Source of the DNA: an uncultured Bacillota bacterium
Lineage (GTDB): Bacteria; Bacillota_I; Bacilli_A; RF39; UBA660
Length of the DNA: 63,641 bases
Direction: 5' to 3'
NCBI GenBank assembly: GCA_947650795.1
Contig: CANSWR010000002.1
Location: forward strand, 1-63,641
Part shown: in pieces, positions 20,631-30,323 of the stretch
How the letters are laid out: each line of letters opens with the position of its first letter
How positions within the stretch are numbered: position 1 is the first letter of the stretch
The notes under the pieces: generated by a model
Told to the model about the DNA's origin: nothing
Seen by the model: only the letters and a program-made list of their open reading frames with translations
Database searches by the model: none
Made by a program: the position numbers and the translations under genes

Positions 20631-21671
20631 CTAATTTTTAGGTTCACTTGTAAAGTCCCCACCTTGATCTTTTATTCTTTTAATTGCCCTTTTTAAACTA
20701 TTATCATCTATTCTAACTGATTCACTCATATATTTTTGTTCTAAATTCTCACTCATATTATTTACATAACAATAAATTTTATCTGCATCTCCCTTTTTGT
20801 AAGCATCTACAAAACAAAGAAAATTATCTTTTCCAACATAATGAACAAAACGTTGATAATTCGTAAAACAGCAAGGCAAAATATAATGTAATGAAGAAAG
20901 TAAATAAATATCATCTTTATATTTTTTATCTTGTTTAAACTTATCTAAAACTTGTTCTCTTATTTCTTTAACTTCATCTAGCATACCCTTATTATCAAAA
21001 ATATACACTCCTTCAGAATGGATTTTATCAGCTAATACACTCGCTAGTGACCTACTTATAACATTTCTTATTAAATTATCATTATCAAAAACATTTATTT
21101 CGTCATTAATATTATTCAATATATTTTTAATATCTTCTTGATTTTTTTCATTTAAAAAATAAATTTTTTCTAAAACACTAGACAAATTATTACTAAGATT
21201 TTTAATAGATAAACAATTATAATAATGTATTTTATTCATTATATTATAAGATATATAACTTATTAAAGAATATAAATAACTAGTATCTGTTAATATTAAT
21301 TCAGAAGGTAAAAATAATGAATTTAAAACTATAATATTATTTCCACCACTAAAACTAAAATACGATTGAACATTTTTTATCATAAAATCTGTAACTATCC
21401 CAGTGCTAGAACCTACTATATAAAAACTTTGATTTCCTAATTTATGTTCGAAATAATCTACTAAATCCTGCTCTTCACTAGATAAACTATCATATATTTT
21501 TTTATAATAATTAATATCAATGTCATCAATTTTATAAAGAACTGGTATATTTAAAGCATCTATTATTATAGAACTGTAATCCCCTCCAAACATCTTTACT
21601 AACTTTAAATACAAATAACTATTATATTTTTTTAGTCTTTCATTTAAATAATTAGTTAACTCTTGTTCCAT
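20631..21671 (-). CDS. hypothetical protein, paralogous to 23107..24012
   Basis: The C-terminal halves align by eye: ..LPCCFTNYQRFVHYVGKDNFLCFVDAY.. versus ..LSPCFSAFYRAFKHL..VGKSEFLEFSVLY.. Confidence 0.6.
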   Translation of the reverse strand: MEQELTNYLNERLKKYNSYLYLKLVKMFGGDYSSIIIDALNIPVLYKIDDIDINYYKKIYDSLSSEEQDLVDYFEHKLGNQSFYIVGSSTGIVTDFMIKNVQSYFSFSGGNNIIVLNSLFLPSELILTDTSYLYSLISYISYNIMNKIHYYNCLSIKNLSNNLSSVLEKIYFLNEKNQEDIKNILNNINDEINVFDNDNLIRNVISRSLASVLADKIHSEGVYIFDNKGMLDEVKEIREQVLDKFKQDKKYKDDIYLLSSLHYILPCCFTNYQRFVHYVGKDNFLCFVDAYKKGDADKIYCYVNNMSENLEQKYMSESVRIDDNSLKRAIKRIKDQGGDFTSEPKN

Positions 21672-21781
21672 AAAGCACCTCTTTTACTAGTTAATTATAA
21701 CATTCACTTAATATTAATTCTATACAAATCAAAGTTAACATAAATTATAGTACTCTACTTTATACAAAGCATTAAAAACTC

Positions 21782-21973
21782 TTGATATTTTAAAAGTTTT
21801 TTAGTATAATTTACTAATGAAAGAAATGGCAACTTTAAATACTACAGTAACGTGTTTATTATCTTACGAGTGATAAGTAACTAATGCCATTAGTGAAAAT
21901 CTCTAAATAGACACCCTACTTAGGAGGTTAAAGATAAACATCTCTTTCAAAAATATGAAAGGAGGACGTTTAT
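21782..21973 (+). promoter_or_regulatory. rpsD promoter and structured 5' leader
   Basis: TTGATA (21782-21787), a 17-nt spacer, then TATAAT (21805-21810). The roughly 160-nt leader has dyads TGGCA...TGCCA and TTATC...GATAA. S4 autoregulation is known in Bacillus. Confidence 0.6.
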
Positions 21974-22573
21974 ATGTCAAGATACACAGGTCCAATTTAT
22001 AGAAAAGCTAGACGTCTTGGATTTAGTACACTAGAAAGTGGAAAAAAACTAAGAAAAAGAACAAGCGCACCTGGTCAACATGGTACAAGTAGAAAAAAAT
22101 TAAGTGAATATGGTATCCAATTACAAGAAAAACAAAAAGTTAGAATAATGTATGGACTTACTGAAAAACAATTCAGAAAAACTTTTGAAACAGCAGGTAA
22201 GAAAAAAGGTATCCATGGTACTAACCTACTTATAATGTTAGAGTCAAGATTAGACAATATTGTATACCGTATGGGTCTTGCTAAAACAAGAAGAGCCAGC
22301 AGACAACTTGTTAACCATGGTCATATCCTAGTAAATGGTAAAAAAGTTGATATACCATCTTACCAAGTTAAACCAGGAGACACAATAAGTGTTCGTGAAA
22401 GTTCTTTAAACCATCCTGTTATTAAAGAATGTACAGAAGCTCATTTAGGAACTGTAAGTTTTGTTACATTTGATGAAAAGAAAATGTCTGGAACTTATGT
22501 AAGATATCCTGAAAGAGAAGAACTAAATGCTGAAATTAATGAATCATTAATAGTTGAATTCTATAACAGATAA
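21974..22573 (+). CDS. rpsD: 30S ribosomal protein S4
   Basis: [18 protein letters not shown]... is the canonical S4 N-terminus. Confidence 0.95.
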   Translation: MSRYTGPIYRKARRLGFSTLESGKKLRKRTSAPGQHGTSRKKLSEYGIQLQEKQKVRIMYGLTEKQFRKTFETAGKKKGIHGTNLLIMLESRLDNIVYRMGLAKTRRASRQLVNHGHILVNGKKVDIPSYQVKPGDTISVRESSLNHPVIKECTEAHLGTVSFVTFDEKKMSGTYVRYPEREELNAEINESLIVEFYNR

Positions 22574-22577
22574 GAAA

Positions 22578-22606
22578 AATGGCAAAAATTATTGCCATTT
22601 TTTTAT
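22578..22606 (+). terminator. rho-independent terminator of rpsD
   Basis: AATGGCAA / TTGCCATT stem followed by a T7 run. Confidence 0.8.
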
Positions 22607-22657
22607 GTTTAAATTTTTTATTTTAGTAAATACTACTTTTAGAAGGAGGAAAACTTA

Positions 22658-22849
22658 ATGACACAAAAAGAATTACTTTACATGGAAGATGCAATCGAAC
22701 ATGAAACAAACCTAATTTCAATTTCAGAACTATCAGTAGAAAATCTAGAAGATAAAGATTTAAAAACATTCATGAAAGGACAACTAAAGAAACACAAAAA
22801 CTTAAAAGAAAAATTAATGACTATTATGGAGGACTTAGCAAATGAATGA
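22658..22849 (+). CDS. small hypothetical protein, coupled to the CotF-like gene
   Basis: GGAGGA RBS. It overlaps the next start codon. Confidence 0.55.
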   Translation: MTQKELLYMEDAIEHETNLISISELSVENLEDKDLKTFMKGQLKKHKNLKEKLMTIMEDLANE

Positions 22850-23087
22850 TAAAATAATTATGGAAAACATGCTACTACTATTAAAAAGTACTGTAGAAGT
22901 TTATGTACATGGATCATTAGAAAGTACCAATAAAATAGTTCATAATGCTTTAAAATCAAATTTAGACGAAATTATAAAAATGAAAGACGAATTATACAAA
23001 AAAATGACAGAATGTGGTTGGTATATAGTAACAAATATAGATTCTAAACAAATACAAAAAACATTAAAAAAACTACAAAAAAATTAG
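22842..23087 (+). CDS. Coat F domain (spore coat protein F-like) protein
   Basis: The pattern ..D..I.E..LL.LKS....Y......E..N..V...L......I.......L...M...GWY is typical of Coat_F proteins (from memory). Confidence 0.65.
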   Translation: MNDKIIMENMLLLLKSTVEVYVHGSLESTNKIVHNALKSNLDEIIKMKDELYKKMTECGWYIVTNIDSKQIQKTLKKLQKN

Positions 23088-23108
23088 TGTACAAATTGTA
23101 CACTTTTT
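23087..23108. terminator. bidirectional terminator hairpin
   Basis: GTGTACA-AAT-TGTACAC followed by TTTTT. Confidence 0.65.
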
Positions 23109-24012
23109 AATTTCCTAAATTTTTTTTATATTTTTTAATAGTTCTTTCAATTAAAGATAAATTAAAATCTACAGTAGGTGTTGCCAACATATTATAATTC
23201 GTATTTTTAAGCATTTTATCAATGACTTCGTTAATCCTGTCTATTTCCATATTATTATAAAGAACTGAAAATTCCAAAAATTCACTCTTCCCCACAACAT
23301 CTAAAAATTTTTCAAAATCAGTCACAAACAAGTAAGCTAAATGCTTAAAAGCTCGGTAAAATGCTGAAAAACAAGGAGAAAGTGCATTTATATAATCATA
23401 AATACTAGGAATTAAAGATTTATTATCTAAAACAAAAATATTTTTATAATGTAAGTCAACAAGAATCAAAACAGACAGTTGATTAATTATATCAGAAAAA
23501 GTCGTAAGTATTTCTTCATCGTCAACATTGCCAGTACTTATCTTATATCTTCCATTTTCATTTTTAATACCCGTATAAATCAATAAATGATTAATATAAA
23601 TTAAATCTTTAGATAAAGTTCCTGTATAAATATCTTGTTCATAATGAAAAGCTAAAGATTTTGTTACATCATAACTACTAATTACATAATTTCTATTACT
23701 CTTATTAAGTAAATCTAACGTAGATGAACTAAGATATCCATAATGTCCTAAGTAAGAACGATTTTTATCTTCTAAAAAACTTTGAAAATAATTAATTACT
23801 TTTTCATCTAAAGAATGCATACTCAAATTTTCTAAAGTCTTTTCTATACCTTCTCTTGTAATAACATAAATAGGCATTAAGGTATGAACTTTTTCTTTAA
23901 AAATATTTTTTGAATTCTCTCCAAAAACACTGACACAAGAATTTACAAAATTATCTTTATTTTCTTCTATTTTTCCATTATAAAACTTTACTATTTCATC
24001 TATTATCTCCAT
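23107..24012 (-). CDS. hypothetical protein, paralogous to 20631..21671
   Basis: Start chosen at MEIIDEIV after AGGGGGA. See the paralogue note at 20631..21671. Confidence 0.6.
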   Translation of the reverse strand: MEIIDEIVKFYNGKIEENKDNFVNSCVSVFGENSKNIFKEKVHTLMPIYVITREGIEKTLENLSMHSLDEKVINYFQSFLEDKNRSYLGHYGYLSSSTLDLLNKSNRNYVISSYDVTKSLAFHYEQDIYTGTLSKDLIYINHLLIYTGIKNENGRYKISTGNVDDEEILTTFSDIINQLSVLILVDLHYKNIFVLDNKSLIPSIYDYINALSPCFSAFYRAFKHLAYLFVTDFEKFLDVVGKSEFLEFSVLYNNMEIDRINEVIDKMLKNTNYNMLATPTVDFNLSLIERTIKKYKKNLGN

Positions 24013-24029
24013 AAATCCCCCTAAAATCA

Positions 24030-24060
24030 AAAAAATGCTTCACACTTTTGTATGAAGCGC
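24030..24060 (-). terminator. terminator after ftsZ
   Basis: GCTTCA / TGAAGC stem followed on the minus strand by T7. Confidence 0.7.
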
Positions 24061-24063
24061 TTT

Positions 24064-25122
24064 TTATATATCTCTATTTCTTAAAAATGGTGGCAAATCA
24101 TCATCATCATTATCTGTAACTGTATCAACCTTAGTAGGAGTTGTTTGATATGTTTGATAAAGAGGTGCACTTTCCTCTTCAAACCCTGTAGCAATAACAG
24201 TTACAATTGCCTCATCAGAAAGAGATTCATTTATTACAGCACCAAATATAATATTTATATCAGTATTAGCAGCTGCACGTATAACCTCAGACGCATCTTC
24301 TGCTTCAAATAAAGTTAAACTATTTCCACCAGTTATATTAATTATACAATCAGTAGCGCCAGAGATAGTTGTTTCAAGAAGTGGACTAGAAACAGCTTGC
24401 TTAGCAGCTTCAATCGCACGATTCTCACCAAATCCAACACCAATTCCTATAAGAGCTTGCCCACGAGATTCCATAATAGCTTTAACATCTGCAAAATCCA
24501 AATTAACTAATCCTGGAACACTAATCAAATCAGATATTGATTGTACACCTAAACGAAGAACATTATCAACTTCTCTAAATGCTTCTGTCATAGGAGTTGA
24601 CTTATCTATAATATCTCTTAATCTATCATTAGGAATAACAACAAAAGTATCTACATGTTTTTTAAGTTCATCTAAACCTACCAAAGCATGGTCCATTCTT
24701 TTTTTACCTTCAAACTTAAAAGGTTTAGTAACAATTGCTACTGTAAGACAACCAAGTCCTTGTGCTATTTCTGCAATGACTGGTGCAGCACCTGTTCCTG
24801 TTCCGCCACCTAAACCGCAAGTAACAAAAACCATATCAGCGCCTCTTAACGCATCTTCTATTTCGTTTCTACTCTCTAAAGCAGCCTCACGACCAACTTC
24901 TGGATCAGCTCCAGCACCAAGCCCATCAGTTATAGAAATACCTATCTGTAACTTAGTTTCTGCTAAAGAAGTATTTAGAACTTGCAAATCTGTATTCGCA
25001 ACTATAAACTCCACACCTCTAAGACCATCTTCTATCATTCGGTTTACAGCATTACATCCGCCTCCACCTACTCCTATAACTTTTATTTTTGCTATTTGTA
25101 ACATTTCTAATGTGTTGTCCAT
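24064..25122 (-). CDS. ftsZ: cell division protein FtsZ
   Basis: [13 protein letters not shown] and [13 protein letters not shown] tubulin signature motifs. Confidence 0.97.
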   Translation of the reverse strand: MDNTLEMLQIAKIKVIGVGGGGCNAVNRMIEDGLRGVEFIVANTDLQVLNTSLAETKLQIGISITDGLGAGADPEVGREAALESRNEIEDALRGADMVFVTCGLGGGTGTGAAPVIAEIAQGLGCLTVAIVTKPFKFEGKKRMDHALVGLDELKKHVDTFVVIPNDRLRDIIDKSTPMTEAFREVDNVLRLGVQSISDLISVPGLVNLDFADVKAIMESRGQALIGIGVGFGENRAIEAAKQAVSSPLLETTISGATDCIINITGGNSLTLFEAEDASEVIRAAANTDINIIFGAVINESLSDEAIVTVIATGFEEESAPLYQTYQTTPTKVDTVTDNDDDDLPPFLRNRDI

Positions 25123-25134
25123 ATCACACTCTCC

Positions 25135-26373
25135 TTAATTATCGAAAAAGTAGCTATAAACTTTACCGAGTAAACTACTTCCATCTATTTTCTTCTTATC
25201 TCTAAATAAATTTTCTTGTTCTTCTTCTCTTATTGTAGCAGCAACTCTACTTCTAAACTTTAATTTTTCATAATATAATCTTATGACACCAAGTACAGTA
25301 CTATACCTATTATTTCTTACTCCTAAAGTCTCAATTCTAGTAACTAAAGCATTTTTACCAAAAACTTCACTATAAACTCTATCAAAGCCATCTATCTCAG
25401 TAGTACCTCCAGTTATAATTATATAACTTATATCTTTTTTTGTTAAGTGATTTATTTGCTTTTTTGCCATTTCTAATATTTCTCTTACTCTAGAATAAAC
25501 TATCTCACTTACCTCATACTGATTTATTTTAATATGTTCATTATTTTTTGTCAAGCAACTTACAATCTCTGATGTACTAGCACCACCTCTATGAGCTAAT
25601 GCAAAACTCTCTTTAATTTGTCTACTATCATCAAGTGCTAAATCATAAATATAGCTAATATCTCTGTCTATATTTCTTCCACCTATATCTATAATTTCAG
25701 TACTAACTAATATTTCTTCTGCTATTATACTAACCTCTGTTTTATTAGTACCAATATTTATCACTGCACCTATCTTATCTTTATACTCATCTTTTCTAAA
25801 AGCATAATAATCTGCTTGCCCACCAAAAGCTAAATCTATTACTCTAATACCAAGGGTCTCTAAAATATTTATAAAAGTATAAATATTTTTCTTAGGAACA
25901 GTCCCTAAAATACTTGAAACATCTAACTTATAAGCTTGTAAACCTTTAGGATCCTTTACAAGTTCTTTATCATTAATAAGAAACTCAGCAGGAGTTACAC
26001 TAACAAGTTCTAAATTAGGACTAATCTTATTATAAACACTATCTTGAAGTGCCCTAGTAATATCTTCTCCTAATACTTGCTTTTCATCTCTTATAATATT
26101 AGTAGTTCCTTCTCCTCTTTGAAACTCGGCATAATATGAAGGTACGCTTATAATAACACTATCTAATTTAATACCAAGTACATCTTCAGTTCTTTTAATA
26201 GCCTCTTTAATACTCAAAAGAGCTTCATCACTATCAATTATTAAACCTTTCTTTACACCTTTACTTCTAACTTCTGTGCATGCCAAAACAAATAATTCTT
26301 CTCTAAATACTTCTCCAACAACAATTTTAATGCTATTAGACCCTAAGTCTAAACTTGTTATTATCTGTTTCAT
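25135..26373 (-). CDS. ftsA: cell division protein FtsA
   Basis: Actin-like ATPase (LDLGSNSIKIVVGE). It lies immediately upstream of ftsZ. Confidence 0.95.
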   Translation of the reverse strand: MKQIITSLDLGSNSIKIVVGEVFREELFVLACTEVRSKGVKKGLIIDSDEALLSIKEAIKRTEDVLGIKLDSVIISVPSYYAEFQRGEGTTNIIRDEKQVLGEDITRALQDSVYNKISPNLELVSVTPAEFLINDKELVKDPKGLQAYKLDVSSILGTVPKKNIYTFINILETLGIRVIDLAFGGQADYYAFRKDEYKDKIGAVINIGTNKTEVSIIAEEILVSTEIIDIGGRNIDRDISYIYDLALDDSRQIKESFALAHRGGASTSEIVSCLTKNNEHIKINQYEVSEIVYSRVREILEMAKKQINHLTKKDISYIIITGGTTEIDGFDRVYSEVFGKNALVTRIETLGVRNNRYSTVLGVIRLYYEKLKFRSRVAATIREEEQENLFRDKKKIDGSSLLGKVYSYFFDN

Positions 26374-26774
26374 ACATCCCTCACTTATTGTCTAAAAACA
26401 TTATAACAAATATTTTATCATTTTTAAAGTATAAAGAACATAAATATAATACAAATATACAATAAATAACGTTAAATATTATTTATAAAACCATTTACTT
26501 TTCACATAACAAAAGTTAGTAAAAATAATAATATTGAATCCAATCTTCAAATACACTTATAAATATTTTATCTTCTATTATATATATGTATAAAGTTCTA
26601 AAATTAAGTTAAATTCATTTTAAATGCTAAAATGAAAGATAACTAAAAAACCTAAAAGAATCATAATAAAATTTAAACCATCTACACAAATATAGACACT
26701 TACTTAAAATATAGTAACCTATTAAAAATTTGACTAACTGTATTTAATATGGTATAATTTATACAGGTGATTAA

Positions 26775-27239
26775 ATGAATTTTTTAGAATACTATAAACC
26801 TAAAAATCTTTGGAAACTATGTAATAATGAATTAAATCCACAGTTAGATATACATAGTATGATTTATATTAATGCTGCAAAAGAGTTTGCACAATTATGT
26901 AAAAGTATGAATTGTACAAATAAAGAGACATTTTGTGATATCTATACAAGTATATCATTGTCAGCTTTAAAATTATATCAAATTTATGGATATGGAAAAA
27001 TAAGTGCAAGTAATCTAATACTTTTTTCTATTTGTAATGGAGCAAAAAGTACTGATATAGAAACATTTAAAAATATATTAACAAACATTATAAAGTTTGG
27101 AGATAAAAAAATACTTGCTTCATACTTAGGATGTTTATCTGACATTGCAGAAAATCTAGGTATAGATAGAATTCAAAATATCATAAATGATAACAATTAC
27201 ACTTTGACTCTAGAACCCAAAAGAACAACTTTAAAATAG
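26775..27239 (+). CDS. hypothetical protein
   Basis: ORF track, 154 aa. No motif recognised. Confidence 0.5.
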   Translation: MNFLEYYKPKNLWKLCNNELNPQLDIHSMIYINAAKEFAQLCKSMNCTNKETFCDIYTSISLSALKLYQIYGYGKISASNLILFSICNGAKSTDIETFKNILTNIIKFGDKKILASYLGCLSDIAENLGIDRIQNIINDNNYTLTLEPKRTTLK

Positions 27240-27309
27240 TTATTCTTTTTTTAATTTGCTTTTTCTATTTAACCTATAAACGCATATTATTTATTAGGGG
27301 TTGAAACTT

Positions 27310-28389
27310 ATGAAAAAAGATAAACTGTTGTTTTTTGGAACTATACTACTTGCAACTTTTGGTCTTATTATGATTTATTCATCTAGCTATGTATGGGCAG
27401 AATTCAAATTTAATAATCCATACAAATATCTAATTAGCCAAGGGATATTTTTAATTATTGGAATATTTGTTATGTTAATCTTAAGCAAAATAGATTATAA
27501 AATATATAAAGAAAAATCAAATCTAATTTTATTTGGTTGTTTTCTTCTTTTAGTTCTAGTGTTAATTCCTGGTATAGGAGTAGTCAGAAATGGTAGTAGA
27601 AGCTGGTTTGGAATAGGACCATTGGGCATACAACCTAGTGAACTTAGTAAACTCGGATTAGTAATTTTTGTTTCTAAATATTTATCAAAAAATGACAGAG
27701 AAAAAAGAGTTACTAAAAATTTTGTATTTCCTATTCTTGGTATAATAATTCTTTTCTTTGGACTCATTATGCTAGAACCAGATTTTGGTACAGGAATGAT
27801 AATAGTTATGTCATTAATTGCTTTGATATTTATAACAGGAACAGATATTTCAATATTTGTTAAACTTGGTTTAGTAGGTATTTTAGGAATAATAGGTTTA
27901 ATAATCGTAGCGCCTTACAGACTAAAAAGAATAACATCATTTTTAAATCCTTGGAGCGATCCTCTAGGAAGTGGATTTCAAATAATACAATCACTTTATG
28001 CAATCGGACCAGGAGGACTTTTAGGTTTTGGTTTTTTAAATTCCAGACAGAAACATTTCTATTTACCAGAACCTCAAACAGATTTTATCTTTTCAATTAT
28101 AAGCGAAGAGTTTGGATTTTTAGGAATATTTATTATAACTACTCTATTCTTAATTATCTTCTATAGATGTATAAAAATTTCTTTAGAAACAGAAGATTTA
28201 TTTGCAAAATATCTATCTTTTGGATTAAGTTTTATGTTAATTTTCCAAACACTTCTTAATTTAATGGTTGTAGTTGGTATTGTGCCTGTTACAGGTGTCA
28301 CTCTTCCATTTATAAGTTATGGTGGATCTAGTTTACTTGTAAGTATGACTATGATTGGAATTATTTTAAGTATTAGAAAAAAAATGTAA
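27310..28389 (+). CDS. SEDS-family peptidoglycan glycosyltransferase (FtsW/RodA/SpoVE)
   Basis: Ten-TM profile with ..QPSELSKL.. and ..LPFISYGGSSL.. motifs. I prefer the ATG at 27310 over the TTG at 27301. Confidence 0.9.
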   Translation: MKKDKLLFFGTILLATFGLIMIYSSSYVWAEFKFNNPYKYLISQGIFLIIGIFVMLILSKIDYKIYKEKSNLILFGCFLLLVLVLIPGIGVVRNGSRSWFGIGPLGIQPSELSKLGLVIFVSKYLSKNDREKRVTKNFVFPILGIIILFFGLIMLEPDFGTGMIIVMSLIALIFITGTDISIFVKLGLVGILGIIGLIIVAPYRLKRITSFLNPWSDPLGSGFQIIQSLYAIGPGGLLGFGFLNSRQKHFYLPEPQTDFIFSIISEEFGFLGIFIITTLFLIIFYRCIKISLETEDLFAKYLSFGLSFMLIFQTLLNLMVVVGIVPVTGVTLPFISYGGSSLLVSMTMIGIILSIRKKM

Positions 28390-28463
28390 AAAATATTTAC
28401 TAAAAATACTAATTTATTACTTTTTAATATGACTTTATGCTAAATTTATCTTGGTAACTAATT

Positions 28464-28830
28464 ATGATTTTATATGATAAATACTTTTTATTGACATCAA
28501 TAACCATTATAATAACAAGAATATTAATTTATAAATTTAATAAGCCAAGTCCAACTATAAAAATTTTAGAACTCATCACTGGATGTTTGGATTATTATTT
28601 ACAATTATACTCTTATTAATATCAAGCTTTTATCTAATATTTATTTATTATCTATGAGTACAGGTATATTTTTAGACGAAATCGGATTTATTATAATTAG
28701 AGGTAAATTCATGAAGATAATTATAGTCCAATATCATTTATAATATTAATAATTTTTATCATTCTCTTATTTATTTTTAGAAAAAACATTATTAATTTCT
28801 ATTTATAAATTGCTATTCTAACATATAAAA
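28464..28830 (+). pseudogene. probable decayed small membrane-protein gene (split over at least three frames)
   Basis: Hydrophobic fragments read in three different frames: MILYDKYFLLTSITIIITRILIY.., ..THHWMFGLLFTIILLLISSFYLIFIY.., ..MSTGIFLDEIGFIIIRGKF... No intact ORF of 60 aa or more exists anywhere in 28390-29258. Confidence 0.3.
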
Positions 28831-29258
28831 CGTAATTTAAAATCAAAATACTACTTCGTTAACTAAACAATTATTTTATACTATGCAATGTCATAGTTTT
28901 TTCATAGAACATAAGTAACCTCACAGTTTACCATTCCTACTTTTTTGAATTGCCACCGAGTTTTTTATAATATCTATTGAATCCATCTTATAAATTAAAT
29001 ACACTACATTTTAAGCTACAACTATCTACTTCACTTAAAAATGAAAAATAAATTAATTTAAAAACACAAATTATTTAGATATAAAATATATCTAGTTTTT
29101 GTGTTTTATTTTATACGAACATTATTTTCGATTTTAATGAGGACCTTCCTATAATATAAAAAAGTTTAAAACTTTTATTACTTTAATTATCAAAATAAAA
29201 AATGCCTTAACCATTAAAAAATTATAAAGGCATTTAATAAATCCAAAACTAATACTTA

Positions 29259-30260
29259 TTACAACCAAACACCATAATATATTGCTCCCATACCAAGCAT
29301 AAATCCAACTATCCAAAACATTTTTACAATATCATTTTCACTCCAACCAAGTTTTTCGAAATGATGATGAAGTGGAGCCATTAAGAATACTTTTCTGCCA
29401 AACTTTTTAATAGAAATTATTTGTATCATACTAGAAAGAGTTTCTGCTATAAAAACACCCCCAATCACAGCTAAAGATAACTCATGCTTTGTAAGAATAG
29501 CTACAGATGCTAATGTCGCACCTAACCCCAAAGATCCAGTATCTCCCATAAATACTTTAGCAGGATGAGTATTATAAACTAGAAAACCTAATAATGACCC
29601 TACCAATATAAAACAGAATATAGCAATCTCTTGATAACCATCAACCCATGTTGTTCCCCAAGATATAATACCAAAACTTAAAAACGCAATAGCAGAAAGA
29701 CCACCAGCCAAACCATCTTCTCCATCAGTAATATTAACAGCATTACTAGTTCCAACTAATAAAAACAATATAAAAAGACCATAAAACCATTTTAAATCAA
29801 TATCAAGACCTATAGAAGATATAATTAAATGTGTACTTCCTCCATCTCTCATATAAATATAGAAAAACACTAAAGCAATTAAAACTTGGACAATTAACTT
29901 CTGCATTACAGAAAGTCCTCCATTATCATGCTTTAAAATTTTCTTAAAATCATCAGCAAACCCAAGTAAACTATAACTCACAAAAACAAACATGATGATT
30001 ATAAGAGAAGATGTAATCTCTAAACTCCCCTTAAAATACAATAAAAGCATTGTTATAATAGCAGGAATAATAAAGATTAATCCTCCAATAGTAGGAGTTC
30101 CCTCCTTTACAAGATGTCTCTCAGTAATATGTTTACTTACATTTTGTCTAAAATTAAGTTTTCTAAGTAATGGTAATATAATAAAACCTAAAAATACTGA
30201 TATAAAGAAACCCAACATCAAACCCAAAACTGACTTAGCTAATATAAGCATATGCTTCAC
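29259..30260 (-). CDS. mraY: phospho-N-acetylmuramoyl-pentapeptide transferase
   Basis: Typical MraY motifs: NAVNITDGEDGLA and PLHHHFE. Confidence 0.95.
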   Translation of the reverse strand: MKHMLILAKSVLGLMLGFFISVFLGFIILPLLRKLNFRQNVSKHITERHLVKEGTPTIGGLIFIIPAIITMLLLYFKGSLEITSSLIIIMFVFVSYSLLGFADDFKKILKHDNGGLSVMQKLIVQVLIALVFFYIYMRDGGSTHLIISSIGLDIDLKWFYGLFILFLLVGTSNAVNITDGEDGLAGGLSAIAFLSFGIISWGTTWVDGYQEIAIFCFILVGSLLGFLVYNTHPAKVFMGDTGSLGLGATLASVAILTKHELSLAVIGGVFIAETLSSMIQIISIKKFGRKVFLMAPLHHHFEKLGWSENDIVKMFWIVGFMLGMGAIYYGVWL

Positions 30261-30323
30261 TTCCTCTTAACTTTATTATATAAAGATACTGAAAAAATTT
30301 CAAATATCAATGAAATTTCACAG

